A DNA stretch of 61,379 nt, filler included, from Candidatus Aminicenantales bacterium (GTDB taxonomy: Bacteria; Acidobacteriota; Aminicenantia; Aminicenantales; Saccharicenantaceae): assembly GCA_049512315.1 (NCBI GenBank). It is 4 parts of 4 records of this genome, joined end to end, with 100 filler letters (N's around TTAATTAATTAA, not from the genome) between each part and the next. Parts side by side here need not be neighbours in the genome. Positions count along the whole stretch, not along the records: positions 48,199 to 61,379 come from JBEKXF010000053.1; 3 more parts are not named here. The stretch is one strand, 5' to 3'. Positions 55,980 to 61,379 of the stretch are shown in pieces; position 1 is the stretch's first letter; every line of letters starts with the position of its first letter. A program made the translations under genes and the position numbers. The notes below the pieces were generated by a model. It did not search any database, had not been told where the DNA came from, and saw only the letters and a list, made by a program, of their open reading frames with translations.

Positions 55980-56624
55980 ATGAAAATCGGAATACTGGGA
56001 TCCGGGGGCGTAGGACAGGACCTAGGCCTCGGCTTCATCGGCCTCGGCCACGAAGTCAAGATGGGAAGCCGGAGCCCGGCTAAGGACGAGATCAAAGCCT
56101 GGCTGGCCAAGGCCGGGAAGAAGGCTTCAGCCGGGACCTTCGGCGAAGCCGCGGCTTTCGGCGACATGGCCATCCTGGCGACCAAGTGGTCAGGGACGGA
56201 AAACGCGATCAGACTGGCCGGACCGGACAACCTCGCCGGTAAGCTAGTGATCGATACGACCAATCCCCTCCTCGTTCGGCCGAAGGCCCTGCCCGGGCTG
56301 GCCGTCGGCGGCCAGGATTCGGCCGGGGAACAGGTCCAACGGTGGCTTCCCAAGGCCCGGGTCGTCAAGGCCTTCAATACCGTCAACCACGCCCATATGT
56401 TCAAGCCCTCATTCCCGGGAGGGCCTCCCGACATGTTCATCTGCGGGAACGACGGGGAGGGAAAGAAGCTCGTGGCAGGGATCTGCCGCGACTTCGGCTG
56501 GGGCGTCATCGAAATGGGCGGGATCGAAGCGGCCCGCCTGATCGAGCCGCTGGCCCTGATCTACATCCAGAACGCGATCCGGACAGACAACTGGAACTAT
56601 GCCTTCAAGCTGCTGAAGAAATAG
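55980..56624 (+). CDS. NADP oxidoreductase, F420-dependent family
   Basis: MKIGILGSGGVG, IDTTNP, VVKAFN. Confidence 0.88.
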   Translation: MKIGILGSGGVGQDLGLGFIGLGHEVKMGSRSPAKDEIKAWLAKAGKKASAGTFGEAAAFGDMAILATKWSGTENAIRLAGPDNLAGKLVIDTTNPLLVRPKALPGLAVGGQDSAGEQVQRWLPKARVVKAFNTVNHAHMFKPSFPGGPPDMFICGNDGEGKKLVAGICRDFGWGVIEMGGIEAARLIEPLALIYIQNAIRTDNWNYAFKLLKK

Positions 56625-56627
56625 GCC

Positions 56628-58130
56628 CTACTCGAAGATCTTCGGCGGGGCCATTTTCGGGGGAGCCCCGAAGACCCGGGCGTAGAGCCCGGGATAGGCA
56701 TCCTTGCCCCCGAGGAGAAGGCCGGCGAGCGGCATGACCCTTTTCGCCAGCCGGGACATCTCCGCGGTCACGGCCCGGATCTCCCACTGGGCCGAGGCGT
56801 CCTCGCGAAGCCGCGAGACGTGATAGAGCTCGCGGACATTCACCTTGAGAAGAGCGCGGCGCCGGTGGGCGTTGGTGAGGACATAATCCGCGGCGGGGCC
56901 GACGGCCTTCTCCAGGGCGGCGTGGGTCTCATTCGTCCGGTCGATCATCTTCAGGAATTCGCTCTCGACGCCTATTTCCTGGAGAGAGGGGGGAACCGTC
57001 ACGCCAAGGGAGGGGTCATAGCGCTGCTGAGTCAGGGTCGCCATCCGGTGGCGCTTGAGCTGGGCGAAGCAGGACGCGGAGATGACGAGGTCGTAGGTCA
57101 GGTCGGCATGCTCGAATTCCCGGAGCGGGAAATCGTAGAATTCCATGCGGCGGAAAGCGCTCCGGATGATCGCCTTTCGTTCCCGGGGCTTCGCTGTCTT
57201 GACGATGTCGAGGCACTCGGCCTGCGAGCGACGGGAGACCGAGTGAAGGAGGGCGGCGAGGATCCGGGGGTCGCCGTCGGGCGAGTGGCCCGCGAGGGTG
57301 ACCCTTGTTCGGGAGGGTTTCCCCGGGCGCCCTTTCCTGCCGGAGCCGAAGACGTCGGCGGCCGCCCGCTCAATATCATCGTACGCCAGGGCGTCGAAAT
57401 CCGACGCCTCCGTGAAGAGGATGATGGACGGGGCGACTTCCCTGGCCAGGGCATAGAGCCTTCCGTTGAGGTCCTTGATCTCTTGGCTCTCTTTGGCGGC
57501 GAAGCGACGGATGAGAAGCTCGAGGTTTCTGGCGTTCGTCGTCAGCCCCAGCTGTCCCTGCGTCGCCAGGCTCACAATGTAGCGGGCATCCTCTTTGGCC
57601 CAGCCGTCGAGCACGGAATGGTTCTTCGGGTTCGCCGCGTGCTCCTTGAATTTCTCGAAAACAACGGGCCGAAGACGGTCGTAGAACTTGTGGTACAGAA
57701 CGTTCTGGGCCTTGACCGTGGCCGTGAAGAGGCCCTCAAGCCCGGCGCGCCTGATCTCCTCCGGCACGATGAAGTCCTCGCCGAGGGTGATGTAGCGCTG
57801 GGATTTTTCCGTGAACGAGCAGAGCCGGAAGCGCTCGATCTCCTCGATGACGAGCCGGCTGACGCCGATGATGTCGAAGTTGAAGACCGCGTGCTCGGCC
57901 ACCGAGTGATGGCCCATCTTGAAGATGATCGTCTGGTTCGAGCGGCGGGTCCGGTCGACCTCGGCCCGGGCCGCGGCCCGGAGCTCGTCGACCGGACGGG
58001 GGTCCCTCGAGATCCGGGCGTAGGAAGCCGACAAGGTCTCGGGCGTCACGTCCTCGCGCGGCGGAGATTTCTTCTTGAGCTCGTCGAGGACGGTGCTGTC
58101 GACGTTGTAGCCGGCCAGGATGACTCTCAT
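56628..58130 (-). CDS. thyX: FAD-dependent thymidylate synthase, tandem two-domain form
   Basis: ARISR, GHHSVAEH and EKSQRY in domain 1; FEH and QLKRHR in domain 2. Confidence 0.85.
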   Translation of the reverse strand: MRVILAGYNVDSTVLDELKKKSPPREDVTPETLSASYARISRDPRPVDELRAAARAEVDRTRRSNQTIIFKMGHHSVAEHAVFNFDIIGVSRLVIEEIERFRLCSFTEKSQRYITLGEDFIVPEEIRRAGLEGLFTATVKAQNVLYHKFYDRLRPVVFEKFKEHAANPKNHSVLDGWAKEDARYIVSLATQGQLGLTTNARNLELLIRRFAAKESQEIKDLNGRLYALAREVAPSIILFTEASDFDALAYDDIERAAADVFGSGRKGRPGKPSRTRVTLAGHSPDGDPRILAALLHSVSRRSQAECLDIVKTAKPRERKAIIRSAFRRMEFYDFPLREFEHADLTYDLVISASCFAQLKRHRMATLTQQRYDPSLGVTVPPSLQEIGVESEFLKMIDRTNETHAALEKAVGPAADYVLTNAHRRRALLKVNVRELYHVSRLREDASAQWEIRAVTAEMSRLAKRVMPLAGLLLGGKDAYPGLYARVFGAPPKMAPPKIFE

Positions 58131-58227
58131 GGGCGCCTCTAAGGTAAGAGCCGGCGCGCGAAATGTCAACCGGGAATCATTGAATCCCTGCCGGTCTTGG
58201 GCTAATCTAGAGCCGAGGGGAAATCTG

Positions 58228-59934
58228 ATGAAAAATAGGGAGATCGCCGATCTTCTCGACCGGATCGCCGACGCCCTGGAGATCAAGGGCGAATTAGGCT
58301 TCAAGGTCGTAGCCTACCGGAAGGCCTCCCGCATTCTCCAGGACATGACCGAGGACATCGAAAGTGTCACCCGCGATGGACGGCTGGAAACGATCCCCGG
58401 CATCGGCAGCGGCCTGGCGGGAAAGATCAAGGAATACGTCGAGACGGGAAAGATGACCAAGTATCAAAAGGTCATGAAAGACGTCCCGGAAGGCCTCCTC
58501 GGGCTCCTGGAGATCCAGGGTCTCGGCGGGAAGACCATCCACCTGATGCACGAGGAGCTCGGGGTCAACGGCCTCGACGACCTCAAGCGCGTGATCGCCG
58601 ACGGCTCCCTCACCGGCCTCCGCGGCATGGGCGAGAAGAAAGTCGAGAACATCCGGAAAGCCATCGAGGCCCGGGCCCGCGTCAGCGAGCGGATCTCGAT
58701 CGCCGAGGCCTCGCTCATTGCCGACGAGGTCATCGCCTATCTTTCGAAGGCCCCCGGGATCAGCCGGGTCTCCGCCGCCGGGTCCCTCCGCCGGATGAAA
58801 GAGACGGTCGGCGATATCGACATCCTCGCCTGTGGGAAGAGCGGCGCCGCGATCATCGACTATTTCGCCCGTTTCCCGGGAACGGTCCGCATCCTGGCCG
58901 GGGGAGAGACCAAGGGTACCATCGTCGTCCGAGCGGAGGGCATCGAACGCCAAGTCGACCTCCGGATCGTCGCCGAACCGGAATACGGGGCTGCTCTCCT
59001 CTATTTCACCGGGTCGAAGGCCCACAACATCAAGCTCCGCGGCCTGGCCAAGGAGAGGGGCCTCAAGATCTCCGAATACGGCGTCTTCCGGGGCTTGAAG
59101 AGACTGGCCGGACGGGAGGAGGAAGGCTGCTACAAGGTCCTCGACATGCCCTGGATCCCACCCGAGATGCGCGAGGACCGGGGAGAAGTGGAGCTGGCCA
59201 TTGAAGATCGGCTCCCCCGCCTCGTCGAGCCATCGGACATCCTCGGCGATCTCCATGTCCTCACCAAAGCGAGCGACGGGAACATGTCGCTCGAAGAGAT
59301 CGTCGAAAAGGCCCGGGAGATGGGATATGCCTACGTAGCGGTCTGCGACCATTCCAAGGCTGCCCACTACGCCCACGGTCTGAGCGAGGGGCGCCTCCTC
59401 GATCAGGCCGGGGAGATCGACGCCCTCAACCGGAGGTTCAGGGGTTTCCGGATCCTGAAGGGGGCCGAGGTCGACATCCTGCCCGACGGCTCCCTGGATT
59501 TCCCGGACGGCCTGCTCGCCAAACTCGACTTCGTGGTCGCGGCGATTCACTCAGGGTTCAAGAAGAACGTGACGGCGCGTATCCTTAAGGCCCTCGAGAA
59601 CCCTTATGTCCGGACGATCGCCCATCCGTCCGGGCGGCTCATTTCGGGCCGGGAAGGCTACGACGTGGACCTCGATCGGGTCATCGAGGGCGCGGCCAGG
59701 ACGGGGAAGGCGTTGGAGCTGAATGCGTTCTACGACCGGCTGGACCTCGACGAACTCCACCTCAAGAAGGCCAAGGAGCACGGCGTCAAGATCAGCCTCG
59801 GGACCGACACCCATTTCGCCGCGGGGCTGGCCATGATGCGCTTCGGCGTCGGGATCGCCCGCCGAGCCTGGCTCGGGAAAGAGGACATCCTGAACAGTCA
59901 GCCGGTCGAGAAGCTCCTGGTCCGGCCGGCTTGA
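58228..59934 (+). CDS. polX: DNA polymerase X / PHP 3'-5' exonuclease
   Basis: AYRKA, HhH IPGIG, GSLRR..GDID, VDLR, YFTGSK.HN, PHP domain. Confidence 0.94.
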   Translation: MKNREIADLLDRIADALEIKGELGFKVVAYRKASRILQDMTEDIESVTRDGRLETIPGIGSGLAGKIKEYVETGKMTKYQKVMKDVPEGLLGLLEIQGLGGKTIHLMHEELGVNGLDDLKRVIADGSLTGLRGMGEKKVENIRKAIEARARVSERISIAEASLIADEVIAYLSKAPGISRVSAAGSLRRMKETVGDIDILACGKSGAAIIDYFARFPGTVRILAGGETKGTIVVRAEGIERQVDLRIVAEPEYGAALLYFTGSKAHNIKLRGLAKERGLKISEYGVFRGLKRLAGREEEGCYKVLDMPWIPPEMREDRGEVELAIEDRLPRLVEPSDILGDLHVLTKASDGNMSLEEIVEKAREMGYAYVAVCDHSKAAHYAHGLSEGRLLDQAGEIDALNRRFRGFRILKGAEVDILPDGSLDFPDGLLAKLDFVVAAIHSGFKKNVTARILKALENPYVRTIAHPSGRLISGREGYDVDLDRVIEGAARTGKALELNAFYDRLDLDELHLKKAKEHGVKISLGTDTHFAAGLAMMRFGVGIARRAWLGKEDILNSQPVEKLLVRPA

Positions 59935-59936
59935 TA

Positions 59937-61358
59937 TTACCCCTTCATGACCCCGACGGGCACGACCTTGGCGACGAGGCGCCCGATCCCGACTTCTTGC
60001 GATACGCGGACAACCTCGTCCACGTCCTTGTAGGCGGCCGAGGCTTCTTCGGCGACGCCTTTCCAGCTCGTTGACTTGAGCTCGATCCCCTGGCGGGCCA
60101 GGTCGTCCCGGATTTGCTCGCCGCGGAACCGTCGGAGGGCCTCGTGGCGGGACATGACCCGGCCGGCCCCGTGGGCCGTGGAGCCGAAGCTCAGCTCCTC
60201 GGCCTCCGGCGTCCCCACCAGGATAAAAGAGGCGGTCCCCATGCTTCCGGGGATGATGACGGGCTGGCCCGCGGACCTGTAGGCCTCCGGAATCTCGGGC
60301 CGCCCCGGCCCGAAGCTTCGTGTCGCGCCCTTGCGGTGGACACAGAGGTCCCTGAGCTCCCCGCCGACGACATGTTTCTCGACTTTGGCCACGTTGTGGC
60401 AGACGTCATAAACCTGCCTCATCCCCTTGGAGCTTCCGAGGACCTTGGCAAAGACATCCCGGACCCAATGGGCGATCATCTGCCGGTTGGCGAAGGCGAA
60501 GTTCACGGCCGCCGACATCGCCCGATAATAGCGCCGGCCGAGCTCGGAGCGGAAGGGCGCGTTGACCAGCTCGCGGTCCGGGAGCCCTTCTATGCCGAAC
60601 TTGTTCCCCATGAGCTCGATGTAGTCGGTCGCGACCTGGTGGCCGAGGCCGCGGCTGCCGCAGTGGATCATGACCAGGATCTGGCCCTCGGTCTCGATCC
60701 CGAAGGCCGCGGCCGCCGACTTGTCGAAGATCTCCCGGACCTTCTGGATCTCCAGGAAGTGGTTTCCGGCGCCGAGCGTCCCGAGCTGCGGGATCCCCCG
60801 CTCCATGGCCCGGTCGGACACGGCGGCTGCGTCCGCATCCCTCATCCGGCCGTATTCCTCCGTGCGCTCGAGGTCTTCTTTCATGCCGTAGCCGTTCTCG
60901 ACAGCCCATTCCGCCCCTTTGATCAGGATTTCCTTGAGGACATTCCGGCTGAGCTTGGTGACCCCTCCCTTCCCCACCCCGGCCGGGACCTCCTTGAAGA
61001 TCTCCGCAAGGAGCTCTTTCCTCCGGGCCGTCACATCCTTCTCCGTATAATCCGTCCTGAGGAGCCGCACGCCGCAATTGATGTCGTAGCCGACGCCGCC
61101 TGGGGAGATGATGCCTTCGTCGAGGTCGAAGGCCGCGACTCCCCCGATCGGGAAACCGTAGCCCTGGTGGGCGTCGGGCATGACATAGGACATGCGCTGG
61201 ATGCCGGGCAGGCAGGCCACGTTCCGGGCCTGGTCGAGGGTCATGTCATGCTTGATGTCGGCCAGGAGCTTCGCGGACGCATAGATGAGGGCCGGGACTC
61301 TCATCCCTCCCTGCTTCGGAATCTCCCAGACGTAATCGCCGATCTTCCGGAGCTCCAT
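59937..61358 (-). CDS. rtcB: RtcB RNA-splicing ligase
   Basis: MPDAHQGYGFPIG, DINCG, GNHFLE, HCGSRG, HRKGAT, HGAGR. Confidence 0.96.
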   Translation of the reverse strand: MELRKIGDYVWEIPKQGGMRVPALIYASAKLLADIKHDMTLDQARNVACLPGIQRMSYVMPDAHQGYGFPIGGVAAFDLDEGIISPGGVGYDINCGVRLLRTDYTEKDVTARRKELLAEIFKEVPAGVGKGGVTKLSRNVLKEILIKGAEWAVENGYGMKEDLERTEEYGRMRDADAAAVSDRAMERGIPQLGTLGAGNHFLEIQKVREIFDKSAAAAFGIETEGQILVMIHCGSRGLGHQVATDYIELMGNKFGIEGLPDRELVNAPFRSELGRRYYRAMSAAVNFAFANRQMIAHWVRDVFAKVLGSSKGMRQVYDVCHNVAKVEKHVVGGELRDLCVHRKGATRSFGPGRPEIPEAYRSAGQPVIIPGSMGTASFILVGTPEAEELSFGSTAHGAGRVMSRHEALRRFRGEQIRDDLARQGIELKSTSWKGVAEEASAAYKDVDEVVRVSQEVGIGRLVAKVVPVGVMKG

Positions 61359-61366
61359 CGCGCGCC

Positions 61367-61379
61367 TCACATGTCCACG
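61367..61379 (-). CDS. Possible 3' end of an archease gene
   Basis: Only ..VDM* is visible upstream of rtcB. Archease commonly precedes rtcB and ends in xD(V/I). Confidence 0.25.

Overview
This window joins four unrelated contigs with artificial 100-nt N/TTAATTAATTAA linkers (19269-19368, 34185-34284, 48099-48198), so adjacency across a linker means nothing. The GC-rich genes and two Zn-ribbon Ser/Thr kinase paralogues (one complete with TM/TPR, one truncated) suggest a Candidatus Aminicenantes-like MAG (inference only). Contig 1 (1-19268) is the accessory region. It starts with a complete IS1111-group (IS110 family) element whose right-end non-coding region carries short guides matching its own target flanks and donor junction (bridge/seek RNA), followed by a small redox gene cluster. 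Next is a ~14.5 kb all-minus-strand, capsid-less, phage-satellite-like element. It encodes a frameshifted primase-helicase with an iteron origin, an AT-rich autoregulated HTH-HTH-nuclease cassette (best candidate for an undescribed defence or addiction system), a minimal tyrosine recombinase, a host-type receptor kinase, two orphan paralogues and a Zn-finger-fused terminase large subunit. Contig 2 has a UroD/MtaA-family gene bracketed by covarying REP-like palindromes, a GH29 fucosidase, a C69 peptidase and an exopolysaccharide locus. Contig 3 has an OmpA-family gene, an IPCT/DIPPS-like lipid cluster, an M28 peptidase, a TlpA-CXXC-4Fe4S module, xylB, a glutamine synthetase and partial namZ. 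Contig 4 has tRNA-Thr/Tyr/Gly, an ECF sigma module, purB-S-Q-L-N, tandem thyX, polX and rtcB. All calls come from reading motifs by eye; no database search was run.
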